DNA of 27,119 nt from Candidatus Thorarchaeota archaeon (GTDB lineage Archaea > Asgardarchaeota > Thorarchaeia > Thorarchaeales > Thorarchaeaceae): positions 1-27,119 of the forward strand of contig JBHLRQ010000036.1 in NCBI GenBank assembly GCA_048882385.1, written 5' to 3'. Every line of letters starts with the position of its first letter. Positions within the stretch are counted from its first letter, which is position 1. The notes beneath the pieces are model-generated. The model searched no databases, was not told where the DNA came from, and was given only the letters and a program-made list of their open reading frames with translations. Below are positions 7,693 to 17,671 of the stretch, in pieces. A program made the translations under genes and the position numbers.

Positions 7693-9789
7693 TTGTCCCA
7701 TTTATACAAGAAATTCGTAAAGGAGAGAGTGGCAAACCTAGTTAGTCAGAAGAATAACATCCGCAATGTTACAATCATCGCCCATATTGACCATGGCAAG
7801 ACTACTCTAAGCGACTCATTGATTGCTGCCTCTGGACTTTTATCAAAAGAAGTTGCAGCCTCTGCAAGATTACTGGATTACGACTTCATTGAGCAAGAAA
7901 GAGGCATCACTATCAAAGCATCAGGAATCTCACTTGTGCATCCATTTAATGAAAGGGACTATTTGATCAACCTTGTGGACACGCCAGGCCACATTGACTT
8001 TTCAAGCCATGTCACGAGAGGACTTAGACTGACTGATGGAGCAGTCATTGTCGTAGATGCCATTGAAGGAATAATGGTCCAGACAGAAACTGTCACCCGG
8101 CAGGCTATGATGGAACTTGTAAGACCGGTTCTTTTTGTAAATAAGGTCGACAGACTCATCAAAGAGCGTCGACTGACTGGACGGAAAACTGCCGAGGAAA
8201 TCAATAAAGTGGTTCGTGAATTCAATGCGATGCTCGGAAAATATCTGGACGATGAGCTATTGGAGCAGTGGGAAGTTTCCTTCAGTAAAGGTTCACTTGC
8301 AGTAGGTTCAGCACTTGACAAATGGGGATTGGATATTGTTACCTTGAGAGATAAGACCGGTGGTAGTGAACAGGCATCGGACCTCACGAATGCATTTCTT
8401 GAGATATTGGAGGAAATTGAGGATGTCTATCGGTCTGGGAGAAGGAAAGAACTTGCAGAAAGGTATCCAGTTGCTAGAGTCGTTTTGGATTCAGTTATTC
8501 GTGTGATTCCCGATCCAAGTACCGCACAGTCCTATCGAATTCCTTCATTCTGGGAGGGCGACATAGAATCGAAAATAGGTAAAAGTCTGTTAACATGTAG
8601 CGATGATGCACCATGTGTTTGCATGGTCGGAGAAGTACAACCGGATAAACATGCCTTAACGGTCGTCGCAGTTCGAATTTTTTCGGGGGTTCTCAACCGC
8701 GCTAAACCATTGATAAATCTAAGAACAGATGAGGAAAGGAAATCTTTGCAAATTGGTCTTCATATGTCAAAGACACGAGTTGATCTTCCCAGCGTACCAG
8801 CTGGGAATCTAGCATTCATAACTGGTTTGAGAAACATTGCAGTAGGTGACACATTAGTTAGTAAAAAGACCAAAGACATGAAGCCTATGAGTAGTTTACA
8901 ATATCCAACGGAACCTGTTGTTACTTACACAATTGAACCAAAGAAACTGTCAGAATTGGGAAATATCCAAGGACCAATCGAAGAATATGTAGGAACTGAC
9001 CCAGCACTGGAGTTTGAGGTAAATTCAGAAACCGGCGAAATGCTTCTATCAGGTGCAGGAGAACTTCACATAGAAATTACCGTTGAAAAATTAACTAGGC
9101 AAGGCATTGATATTCAGCTCGGTAAACCTATGGTTCTACTACGAGAACAAATGACACAGGACGGGGTTCAGAGTACCGGAGGTTCTGAAACTACCAGCAC
9201 ATTCACTACACGAGTTGTTTTGACATCAGATGATTCACCTCCCGAAAGTAAGGGAAATGTTCTAGATACAGATCCAGGATCAGCAAGTTGGTTAGTAGAC
9301 TCGTCATCCAAAATCAATCCATTTGATGACGAAACTGACTGGATCAGGGACGCTTTCAGAACTATTCTTCGAAGTGGCATTAAAAGTGGAGAGAGAATGC
9401 GTAGAATTGGAGTTATTATTGAGAAGGCAGAAATCAAATCAGAATCTCCTGAAACATCATGGAGAGATATTACGCAACCATTACTCGATGCTATAAGAAC
9501 CAGTATAAACTCAGGAAAACCCGTTGTACTAGAACCTTGGATTCATCTTGACATGAGCGCACCCGAAGAACATGTAGGAGCATTGACATCTATCCTATCC
9601 AAGAGGAAAGGTCAGGTACTTGAAATTGATTCAGAAAGGTCCCTCTTTCGTCTTGCAGCTGAAATTCCAGTGAGGGAATCCTTTGGACTCGCAAATGAGA
9701 TTCGTACTGCTACATCCGGTTGGGCAACTTGGGGAGCTGAAGCTGGGGGTTACCGTGACATCAAGAATCCGGATATCAGATATAATTAG
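7693..9789 (+). CDS. Divergent elongation factor 2 paralog (aEF-2p-like translational GTPase)
   Basis: AHIDHGKTT, RGITI, DTPGH, NKVD, GAGELH and LEP motifs are present. Domain IV is divergent and lacks the HRG diphthamide loop. Confidence 0.88.
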   Translation: MSHLYKKFVKERVANLVSQKNNIRNVTIIAHIDHGKTTLSDSLIAASGLLSKEVAASARLLDYDFIEQERGITIKASGISLVHPFNERDYLINLVDTPGHIDFSSHVTRGLRLTDGAVIVVDAIEGIMVQTETVTRQAMMELVRPVLFVNKVDRLIKERRLTGRKTAEEINKVVREFNAMLGKYLDDELLEQWEVSFSKGSLAVGSALDKWGLDIVTLRDKTGGSEQASDLTNAFLEILEEIEDVYRSGRRKELAERYPVARVVLDSVIRVIPDPSTAQSYRIPSFWEGDIESKIGKSLLTCSDDAPCVCMVGEVQPDKHALTVVAVRIFSGVLNRAKPLINLRTDEERKSLQIGLHMSKTRVDLPSVPAGNLAFITGLRNIAVGDTLVSKKTKDMKPMSSLQYPTEPVVTYTIEPKKLSELGNIQGPIEEYVGTDPALEFEVNSETGEMLLSGAGELHIEITVEKLTRQGIDIQLGKPMVLLREQMTQDGVQSTGGSETTSTFTTRVVLTSDDSPPESKGNVLDTDPGSASWLVDSSSKINPFDDETDWIRDAFRTILRSGIKSGERMRRIGVIIEKAEIKSESPETSWRDITQPLLDAIRTSINSGKPVVLEPWIHLDMSAPEEHVGALTSILSKRKGQVLEIDSERSLFRLAAEIPVRESFGLANEIRTATSGWATWGAEAGGYRDIKNPDIRYN

Positions 9790-12086
9790 CGTCTCAGATA
9801 GAATCGTCTATTCATAACTGCCCCGAGTATCGAGAGAACACGACGATCGATAAGAGATATACTGTCCATCATTCTCAAGGACCTAGTTAAATTGGAAAAA
9901 ACTGAATTAAGATAGGGTTGTGCTTCAACCATTTCGGATTTTTCAACCATTTCGAGGTAGGCATTGGCAATTTTAATCAAACCAAGCCAGTCATCAGTAA
10001 GCAGGTAACTATATTGACGCTCATCAATTGCGCGTGGTGATCCTTCGAAGCGATTTCTGTCTATATAGGCTGCATATTGATTTTCTAATGCCAAGGCGAA
10101 TCTTCTCAAAACCAGAGAAATAGTGGCAGAAGTTGCTCTAATGAATTCTGAGGATTCCGAAATCTCAGATTCTGTTGAAACGACATCACCAAAAGCGATT
10201 GCCGCTCCATAAAACCCAGTTGCCAGTTCAGAGTAGTCTTTATTGTCAAAAAATGCTTGGAAAGTTTGAACCAGGTAAGTTTGACCCAACCAGTATTGAG
10301 CGAGGAGAGCATCCATGGCGAGTACAGCATCATCAACTGGTGGTTGAACGCGTCCCCCAATCTCAAGGTTGAGTAGTTCTATGTTCATTTTCGCGGTAGA
10401 GAGAGCTGCAAAGAGACCAGCAACACCAGCAAGTTGAGAATCACTCTGACTCATGCTTTTTGATCTTTCAAGAAGAATAGCCCATGCGTGTTCGAGGTAT
10501 GGTACAACAAGTGATACACCGTGTATAAACATAGAGTCCTCTTCAACTTCTACATCTTCGAGAATTCGGTCCACATCGTTTAGCAGACGTAATAGGCGAG
10601 GTGGGATGTCACCACCGTGTCTTGTAATTAGCCAAACAATATCATATGTTGCTATAGCTACTTCCACATAAGCTCGAGGGTCGGTTGCAAAGAGAGGTAT
10701 ATACAGTGCAAGAATCCCTCGCAACGAATCTTGTGTTTCTTCATCTGAGCGTTCATCTAAACGCATCTGTGAAAGAGCCAGACCCAACCGTGATCCTAAA
10801 AGTTCTAATTCCGAAATCCGACCTTCTTGCAACTGTTTTTCTCGAAGATTCACCGCATGTCTGAAAGATTCTAAACCAATGGGCCAAAACTCATCACACT
10901 CAGTGCTAAGACATACCCAACCAATTGTATTCTCAGTCCGTGCAAGGTCAATGTCAATTTCAGGATACGAGTCTTCAAGCTTCATGAGAATAGTCTTAGC
11001 ATTATTCAAGTGTTCAATGGATTTTGTCATATTCTCATGATCGCCCAGGAGTCCATGAGCAAATCCAAGTCCTGCTAGTATTTTGAAGACGCGTGTATTT
11101 TGCTTAGGCGTTTTTTCCTCAATTCGATCATAGATTCTAAGTCCTAATTGGAGTCTTTTAATAGCCTGAGGCACACCTTCTCTCCAACCATTGACTAAAA
11201 TATTTGAACCAATTGTAACATGAGCTAGTCCGACATCATCCAAACCCACCAAACCTGATTTGAATGCAATATCAAAGAGCTCCGCTGCCTTATCACCCGT
11301 TTCTCGAGCTATCTGATACGCAATAGAATCGTCTCGAGTGTAGTTCACACCAAGCTGAAGATTGATTGAACCAAGTTTCACTTGATCACTATTATTACGT
11401 GCGATTCTCTCCAAATTTTCGAGAATGTTTCGCGATTCCTCGTAGAGACCCAATTCAGTAAGAACACATGCATAATCAAATGAGACCTCATATGAGAATT
11501 CGGTCATCGAAATTTCTCTGCTGATCTCTATCAAGCGATTGAGAAGTAGTTCTGCCCCCTCATAGAAACCCACATCAATTAGGGCCCAGCTAAGATTGTG
11601 AACCTCATATAATGCAAGGTGAGTTGTTCCATCATGTCTTCTGTCATATATCGCGTTCAGAGTCATTAGAACCTCATCTGCTAGGAAGGGAAGTAGTGGT
11701 CGAAGATTCAAACGATTAGCAGCATTCAAAGCTTGAGAGAGCTCGCCAAGAATGTCCACCAGGGTGGGTATTGCTTCAATGTCGGGAAGAAGCTCACACT
11801 CTGACCTACGGTGACTGTTAGTGTATCGTGTGTCTAGCAGCATCAGCATTTCAGGAATAGCTCGTTCTTGATGAAATGATAACCTGATAGCTAGTTCTGT
11901 AAGCTTTGCACTCGCGAGTCCTGGTCTGCGAAGGATTATTTCTTCAATCGATCGAGCCACATCGAATAGGATATTCGACTCATCCGTGTCGTTAAAAGGA
12001 ATATTCTGCACAGCTGAAAGCCCATCATCAAGAGACAAATTTGCGCAGAGTATGTCTCTTAATGTGACAATCAACTGTGGTTGCAT
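9786..12086 (-). CDS. Large alpha-helical (TPR-like) protein
   Basis: 766 aa, Leu/Ala/Glu-rich, with TPR-like helix pairs (YACVLTELGLYEES, LGFAHGLLGDHE, NTIGWVCL). Confidence 0.7.
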   Translation of the reverse strand: MQPQLIVTLRDILCANLSLDDGLSAVQNIPFNDTDESNILFDVARSIEEIILRRPGLASAKLTELAIRLSFHQERAIPEMLMLLDTRYTNSHRRSECELLPDIEAIPTLVDILGELSQALNAANRLNLRPLLPFLADEVLMTLNAIYDRRHDGTTHLALYEVHNLSWALIDVGFYEGAELLLNRLIEISREISMTEFSYEVSFDYACVLTELGLYEESRNILENLERIARNNSDQVKLGSINLQLGVNYTRDDSIAYQIARETGDKAAELFDIAFKSGLVGLDDVGLAHVTIGSNILVNGWREGVPQAIKRLQLGLRIYDRIEEKTPKQNTRVFKILAGLGFAHGLLGDHENMTKSIEHLNNAKTILMKLEDSYPEIDIDLARTENTIGWVCLSTECDEFWPIGLESFRHAVNLREKQLQEGRISELELLGSRLGLALSQMRLDERSDEETQDSLRGILALYIPLFATDPRAYVEVAIATYDIVWLITRHGGDIPPRLLRLLNDVDRILEDVEVEEDSMFIHGVSLVVPYLEHAWAILLERSKSMSQSDSQLAGVAGLFAALSTAKMNIELLNLEIGGRVQPPVDDAVLAMDALLAQYWLGQTYLVQTFQAFFDNKDYSELATGFYGAAIAFGDVVSTESEISESSEFIRATSATISLVLRRFALALENQYAAYIDRNRFEGSPRAIDERQYSYLLTDDWLGLIKIANAYLEMVEKSEMVEAQPYLNSVFSNLTRSLRMMDSISLIDRRVLSILGAVMNRRFYLRR

Positions 12087-12149
12087 GGACTAGTCTCCTC
12101 TCACTGAAAATGCGATGGTTGGGTGCTTTAAAGGTTTCACAGAAAACTT

Positions 12150-12860
12150 CTATCGGTCAATAACAAAGTCATGCCATTCTCTAGAGGTGTCTGTACCCCT
12201 CATTCTCTCCATTCTTAGCTGATGGACCGGTATGGAGCCTCTATCATCTATTCTAAAACGGAGGACTGCATCTGCTAGGTATGAGAAGGTTGCGTATGTC
12301 TTCTCATCATGTACTCCCTCTTCAAGTACATACATGATACTATGAGAACTCTGCGTGACTCTTCCACTCAAACGCTGGACAGCTCGAGGCATTGTTAGGG
12401 GATTAGAGTGAAGAATAAGAGTAGAGAGACTGTCAATTACAACTCGTGCAACCACCAAATCCTGCAATACTTCAGATAGGACAATTCCAAGCTCGCTAAT
12501 ATCATCAACCTTTGCTAGTGATCTTGCACTACCAGCTTTTGGTGCACCCATCCTTTCGGAATATCCATCAATGAATACAAACTTTCCTGAAGCTTCTTGT
12601 TCTTCAATTGACCAACCATGCCGACTCATATCGTTTCTGACAACTCTGGGTGAAACATCTGTAGTGACGAATACTGCTGGAAAACCCAGCTCAATTCCTT
12701 CAGCAAGAAAAGCTTCAGCGTATGTAGTCTTTCCTGACCCAAGTGGTCCAACTAACATATAGGAAACCTGTGTAAGCTGACCAAACTTAACAAGTTCACT
12801 AATCATAGGACTAGCTTTGGCTGGTTCAAGAGTTCCTGCTGAGTCCTGTTTCTCAACCAC
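12150..12860 (-). CDS. KaiC/RAD55-like RecA-superfamily ATPase, single domain
   Basis: Walker A GPLGSGKT, Walker B VVIDSLS and ERMRG. The catalytic EE position reads TD/DV. Confidence 0.85.
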   Translation of the reverse strand: MVEKQDSAGTLEPAKASPMISELVKFGQLTQVSYMLVGPLGSGKTTYAEAFLAEGIELGFPAVFVTTDVSPRVVRNDMSRHGWSIEEQEASGKFVFIDGYSERMGAPKAGSARSLAKVDDISELGIVLSEVLQDLVVARVVIDSLSTLILHSNPLTMPRAVQRLSGRVTQSSHSIMYVLEEGVHDEKTYATFSYLADAVLRFRIDDRGSIPVHQLRMERMRGTDTSREWHDFVIDR

Positions 12861-12884
12861 TTTGAGTACCCCACATGTTTCACA

Positions 12885-13631
12885 CTAATGTCCGGGACTA
12901 ATTTCACCAGGCCATACACGGATACCTTCATCTGTGATTCTCATTGAATGAATCCTTGAGCTGTGTTTTGAACCTCTCAATTTGAGAACCTCAATCGACC
13001 GAGAACGTGATGTGTCTGAAATTTTCTCGTTGTACAGTACAATGACACCTGATGCTAAGAACGCTTCGATATCAAAGACACCCAGTCCATGATCCTGGGC
13101 TGGAATCTCACTTGTTAGGAGAAGGGTGCAACCTGTTCGTGTGAGATTTGCAGTTAGTTTGAAGAACTCTTCGCGGAGAATGTCACGGCTCTTAAACTTG
13201 TAAGCCATAATCGAAAGCGTATCAAGAACAATCCGTTTTGCCTTGATCTTATTGACGTGATTCATGATGATTGCCTCTAATCCTGAGAGGTCGAAACTCG
13301 GATACTCGCCAATGGTCACAGGTGTGATCTCTTTTGATGGAGAGAGATCTACAATGGAGATCTTCTTTTCCTTCACAAGTTTATCAAGATCCATTCCAAA
13401 TTGAAGCATGTTCCTCTTGATGAGATGAGGAGGTTCCTCCAGGGTGACAAACACTCCTGGTTCATCATAATCGACAGCTCCTCTATAGATGAATTGAGTG
13501 GCAAGTATACTCTTTCCAGTACCAGCCTTACCTGCAATGAGGATAGTATCACCTCTTGGGAAGCCACCCTCAGTCAGTTCATCCAACCCGGGGATACCTG
13601 TCTTTACTCGTTCTATTTCGTGGTCGCTCAT
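12885..13631 (-). CDS. KaiC-like RecA-superfamily ATPase, single domain
   Basis: RVKTGIPGLD..GGFP, GKAGTGKS, TLEE, VLDTLS and VLKLRGS motifs. Confidence 0.92.
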   Translation of the reverse strand: MSDHEIERVKTGIPGLDELTEGGFPRGDTILIAGKAGTGKSILATQFIYRGAVDYDEPGVFVTLEEPPHLIKRNMLQFGMDLDKLVKEKKISIVDLSPSKEITPVTIGEYPSFDLSGLEAIIMNHVNKIKAKRIVLDTLSIMAYKFKSRDILREEFFKLTANLTRTGCTLLLTSEIPAQDHGLGVFDIEAFLASGVIVLYNEKISDTSRSRSIEVLKLRGSKHSSRIHSMRITDEGIRVWPGEISPGH

Positions 13632-13960
13632 TTTGACGCACCCTTTTTCTTCGTCTTTACTCCAACACCAAGCACCATTTTCATCAGCATGTCTCGTTCA
13701 GGGATACCAGTCACTGAAACACCTCCAATCATCACAGTAGGTAGTGCAAATATTCCATACTCTTCTGCTGCTTCAGGATTCTCTGAAACATTGATGATTT
13801 TAAGTTCGAAGGTGGCTGATCCAAAGTCTTCGATTGTTTCTCTAATTACTTCTTCAGCTCGTGGACAGAACGCGCATGAGTCGGACTTGAACAAGACGAT
13901 TTCAATAACATCATCATCATCCTGTTCTGATGACTTCCGACTCTTTTTCTTGTCCACCAA
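13628..13960 (-). CDS. Thioredoxin-family protein
   Basis: CAFC motif and AEEYGIFALPT. 4-nt overlap with the KaiC-like gene. Confidence 0.85.
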   Translation of the reverse strand: MVDKKKSRKSSEQDDDDVIEIVLFKSDSCAFCPRAEEVIRETIEDFGSATFELKIINVSENPEAAEEYGIFALPTVMIGGVSVTGIPERDMLMKMVLGVGVKTKKKGASK

Positions 13961-14076
13961 ATGGTCGCACTCCTGGTTTTGAGAAACGCATGGTTCAAAT
14001 CAAAGTTAGTCACTTGAATGTTTTGAGGATGTTAGGAGCCTGGAAAAATGCTCTGAATGGCAATATCCAGGTAATA

Positions 14077-14454
14077 TCATGCTCGCATCAGGCGGCGAAT
14101 CTTAGTTGCAGCTTTACCAATTGGTCTCGAGTGATATCGAACACTTTTTGGCATTACAGCGGCTAGGATCAACGCACCAGAACTCCTGCCAATCTTCTTG
14201 AACACGGCTTTTCCTTCAGTACACCGCAAACTAATATCTCGAATTTCTCCAAGCATGAGTTCCTTCCTAACACGTTCTGCGGAATCAGTAATGAAACTTG
14301 AAACAGCAGCAACCACATCCTTGTCCATTCCTGGAGAGACAGCAGACGCAATTGAGAGACCATCGCTCCTAACAAGAGAGGAGAGTGTAAATCCACCATC
14401 CTTGTTCATAGACTCAAGGATTTTTGGAAGTGCGGTATAATCAGGTCGTTGCAT
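14077..14454 (-). CDS. Roadblock/LC7 domain protein
   Basis: LVRSDGLSIAS...VAAVSS...AERVRKELMLG is the roadblock signature. The likely start is ATG 14454 after GGAG; the longer ORF-track version overlaps the GTPase gene. Confidence 0.85.
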   Translation of the reverse strand: MQRPDYTALPKILESMNKDGGFTLSSLVRSDGLSIASAVSPGMDKDVVAAVSSFITDSAERVRKELMLGEIRDISLRCTEGKAVFKKIGRSSGALILAAVMPKSVRYHSRPIGKAATKIRRLMRA

Positions 14455-14590
14455 TGTGAAGTACTCCATTAACTCAGCTTCGTACACTCGAGTTATGCGC
14501 TTCCCTAATAAACCATGTGAGATTGAATTGGTGTACAGTAGAGATTTAAATGCGATAGACCTTTGCAGTAGAGTACGGAGTCGTAAGGGA

Positions 14591-15139
14591 ATGTCCGCTG
14601 AGTACCGTTTCAAAATTGTCATGTTAGGAGACGGTGCTGTAGGCAAAACAGCCATGACGACCCGTTTCACACAGAACTTCTTCGATGCTGACTATAAGCG
14701 GACAATCGGAAGTGATTTTGCCATCAAACGCCTTGTAATTCCTGACATTGATACTAAGGTGACATTGCAAGTATGGGATCTTGCAGGACAGCCCCGATTC
14801 GAGTCAGTTCGGCAGGGATTCTATCGTGGTGCTCGAGGCGGACTTCTCCTTTATGATGTTACAAGACGTCGAACATTCCTGAATGTCGAGCATTGGAAGG
14901 AAGAGGCTTTCAAAAATCTAGTAAAAGAAATTCCACTGATTCTTGTTGCGAACAAAGTTGACCTCAAAGACTGTAGAGTGATAACAACCGAAGAAGGTGA
15001 AGAATATGCCAAAAAGAACGATTTCCTCTACACCGAATCAAGTGCACTTACAGGGGAGAATGTGGAGCATGCATATGAAACTCTCTGTAAAATAATGATA
15101 GAGGAATCGAAGAATTCAGCTGAAGAGAAATTAATCTAG
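14591..15139 (+). CDS. Rab-like small GTPase
   Basis: GDGAVGKT, RTIGSDF, WDLAGQ, NKVD and ESSAL motifs. No C-terminal Cys prenylation motif. Likely start ATG 14591. Confidence 0.95.
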   Translation: MSAEYRFKIVMLGDGAVGKTAMTTRFTQNFFDADYKRTIGSDFAIKRLVIPDIDTKVTLQVWDLAGQPRFESVRQGFYRGARGGLLLYDVTRRRTFLNVEHWKEEAFKNLVKEIPLILVANKVDLKDCRVITTEEGEEYAKKNDFLYTESSALTGENVEHAYETLCKIMIEESKNSAEEKLI

Positions 15140-15142
15140 TTT

Positions 15143-16276
15143 TTATTTTGTAGGAGTTCCTTTGAGAAGACCAAGTTCTCTTTTAGATTGCCACACAACA
15201 TAGAATATCTTCTTTGTCGCGAGTGTTTCTTCATCGTGTTGTGCACATAAAGTTTCAAACTTCTGAACATATTCCTCTCTGTTTTCTGGCGTCAGATTCG
15301 CTTTGATTTCATCTAGAAGGTCTTCAAACGGCTTTAGAGTGCCTGCCAAATCCCTCACATCCCAACGAATAATGGCACCAGTCCCATCAGAAGTGATGAA
15401 TGTTGATGCCTTTGGATACCATTCAATTCCATCGATTTCGCCAATGGTTGACGCCTCACCTTGGATGGTAAAGGTATCAGTTTCCCAAAGATACAGCACC
15501 TTATCACTAGATCCTGAAGCGAGGTACTTGCCATCTTCACTGAAGGTCAATGCACGAACCTCAGTTGAATGACCCTGGAGAACTTGTTCCATCTTCATCG
15601 GAGATTCAGTCGCGTTCCATATAATCATGTAATTGTCAGATGCACCTGATGCAAGTCGACTTCCATCATTGGTAAATCGCACTTGATGAACTGCAGCTCT
15701 GTGTTCTTTATGTCGTTCAATCATCTTTCCAGTGTTTGAATCCCATTCACAGATATTTGCGTCAACAGAACCTGAAACTATTCTGTTGTCATTAGGATCC
15801 CAATCGCATGTAACTACGTAAAAGCCATGCCCCTTTAATTGGTGTAACTTTGAACGGTTCTCAATGTCCCAGATTATCAGAGAAGTATCACCACTTCCGG
15901 ATACCAGTTTGTTTCCATCAGGAGAGAATGATAAGGATAGGACTGGATATGTGTGTCCCTCCAAGGTTCCAAGGCAATCACCAGTTCGGATGTCCCAGAG
16001 TTTCACAACTCTTTCAACGCTTCCGGAAGCGAGAAGGTCACCATTTGGACTAAATGCAATTGAGGTGCACAGAAACTCATCCTGCATTCGCTGCATCTCT
16101 TCACCATTATCAGCCATGTATAGGCGGATACTCCTATCTTGCATCGCTGCAGCATACATCCGACCGATTTTATTCATAGCAAAACGTCGAGTGATATCAG
16201 AACCATGCGCCGCCTGCGGTTTCAGGATTGTTGGTTTCAAGAAAATTTCGAAATCTTGACTCTCCATGGATGTCAC
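15143..16276 (-). CDS. WD40-repeat beta-propeller protein with short helical C-terminal extension
   Basis: Repeated GH...LASGS.D..I.WD units (about 7 blades) followed by a roughly 65-aa helical tail. Confidence 0.93.
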   Translation of the reverse strand: MTSMESQDFEIFLKPTILKPQAAHGSDITRRFAMNKIGRMYAAAMQDRSIRLYMADNGEEMQRMQDEFLCTSIAFSPNGDLLASGSVERVVKLWDIRTGDCLGTLEGHTYPVLSLSFSPDGNKLVSGSGDTSLIIWDIENRSKLHQLKGHGFYVVTCDWDPNDNRIVSGSVDANICEWDSNTGKMIERHKEHRAAVHQVRFTNDGSRLASGASDNYMIIWNATESPMKMEQVLQGHSTEVRALTFSEDGKYLASGSSDKVLYLWETDTFTIQGEASTIGEIDGIEWYPKASTFITSDGTGAIIRWDVRDLAGTLKPFEDLLDEIKANLTPENREEYVQKFETLCAQHDEETLATKKIFYVVWQSKRELGLLKGTPTK

Positions 16277-16447
16277 TCACAGAATCGGCTCTAACTGGTC
16301 AGACCGTGAAACAGCGTAAAAGTGTTATTAATGCATCATACTACGCACAGATTTATTTCGTCGTTTGCTAAAGACTATGAAGAATTTCTTGCCACATCAC
16401 AGTAACCATTATCAAGAGGAACAACGGGCATCAAAGGAGGGACACCC

Positions 16448-17668
16448 GTGGCTGAAGACGATGATAGAAAGCTTTCATTAACACTTGGTGGAGGAGAATC
16501 CGTAAGTCGTTTTAGGAAAGCAGTGAAGGGTGTCTTGAAGAAACCTAATGATGTTGTTAACAAAATGTTGGGTAATCTCACGAGTATTCAGGCATGCAAG
16601 GATGCGGCTTTGACTGGTGATGATGACCTTAGATTGCTTGCAGTCTGCAGACTTGGTGAGTTTGGTGCTGAAGCTTTTGAAGCCATCGAGATCTCACTTG
16701 TTGATGATAACCCACTAGTTCGAACAGTGGCAGCTGGAATGTTAGCTTACACTGAAGATCAAGAAGCTATAGAAATTTTGAAACCTTATCTCTCTGATAA
16801 TAATGAAACTGTAAGGGATACAATTCAATACTCACTGAACTGGTTGGAAGAGAATGCCACAGAGAAGGAACATGGGACCAAAATTCCTGACAAGTGGGAA
16901 GATGCAGCTGATGTTCTTCTCAGTACTGATTCAATTCCATTAAAAACTGAAGAAGATGTGGAGGTTATTAGCACCTACACTGCGTTTCCAGAGAGTCTTG
17001 AGTTAGGGATGACAGTTGAAAACAATACTCTGGAAACAATCTATGAGGTTTCCATCAAGATTTTGTTGTATCCAAACGAGAGCCTCATGCCTATTGATCC
17101 ACTGAGTCAACTCATCAAGTCAATAGAACCAGGGAGTATTGAAGCACTGATTTTCGGATTCAAAGTCATCAATGAGGTAGTGGAAGGAGAGTTTGTAAGC
17201 TCAGTCCAATTCATCAATGAAAAAGGGGAGGATGTCGCTGCAATATCGGGAAACATTTTCGTGAGGTCCTTGTTCGAACAGATTATTCCTCTAGAAGCAA
17301 CTACTGAAGATCTATTAAGTCTGAAATCTGAGATGAAAGAATGGAATAGAGAACACTCTCTTGAGATTGAAGGAAAGGCTCTTTTCAAGACCGTGAACAA
17401 ACTCTTTCAAACGTGGAACCTTCACGTAGTCCAGTCAGAGAAGATACAGAGGGATGGAGTGTTCATGGGTGTAGTTTCGGGGATGGGAGAAGGGAGAATC
17501 CATGGAAACAAGTTATCAGTAACCCTTACTGTTGTTGGAAAACTTGATGACAATCTATCGAAGATTAGAATTGATGTTCTTTGCGAAAATCAAGAAGTCC
17601 TTCATACAATAGCGAGTGTTCTCTTTGAAACCATCCAACGAGAACTTGGTGTCATTGAAATCGATTGA
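16448..17668 (+). CDS. HEAT-repeat protein with adaptin/coatomer appendage-like C-terminal region
   Basis: PBS-lyase-type HEAT repeats (LVDDNPLVRTVAAGML, LSDNNETVRDTI), an Ig-like beta-sandwich (LGMTVENNT..IYEVSIKI) and an alpha/beta platform-like end. The appendage assignment is inference. Confidence 0.7.
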   Translation: MAEDDDRKLSLTLGGGESVSRFRKAVKGVLKKPNDVVNKMLGNLTSIQACKDAALTGDDDLRLLAVCRLGEFGAEAFEAIEISLVDDNPLVRTVAAGMLAYTEDQEAIEILKPYLSDNNETVRDTIQYSLNWLEENATEKEHGTKIPDKWEDAADVLLSTDSIPLKTEEDVEVISTYTAFPESLELGMTVENNTLETIYEVSIKILLYPNESLMPIDPLSQLIKSIEPGSIEALIFGFKVINEVVEGEFVSSVQFINEKGEDVAAISGNIFVRSLFEQIIPLEATTEDLLSLKSEMKEWNREHSLEIEGKALFKTVNKLFQTWNLHVVQSEKIQRDGVFMGVVSGMGEGRIHGNKLSVTLTVVGKLDDNLSKIRIDVLCENQEVLHTIASVLFETIQRELGVIEID

Positions 17669-17671
17669 TAT

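Noticed and set aside
12150-13960. A true circadian kaiABC clock
   Set aside because: The ATPases are single-domain, there is no KaiA, and the partner keeps a redox CxxC.
14455-14670. N-terminal extensions of the roadblock (to 14670) and Rab (from 14456) ORFs
   Set aside because: They overlap each other antisense and precede the recognisable domains. Starts at 14454 and 14591 fit better.
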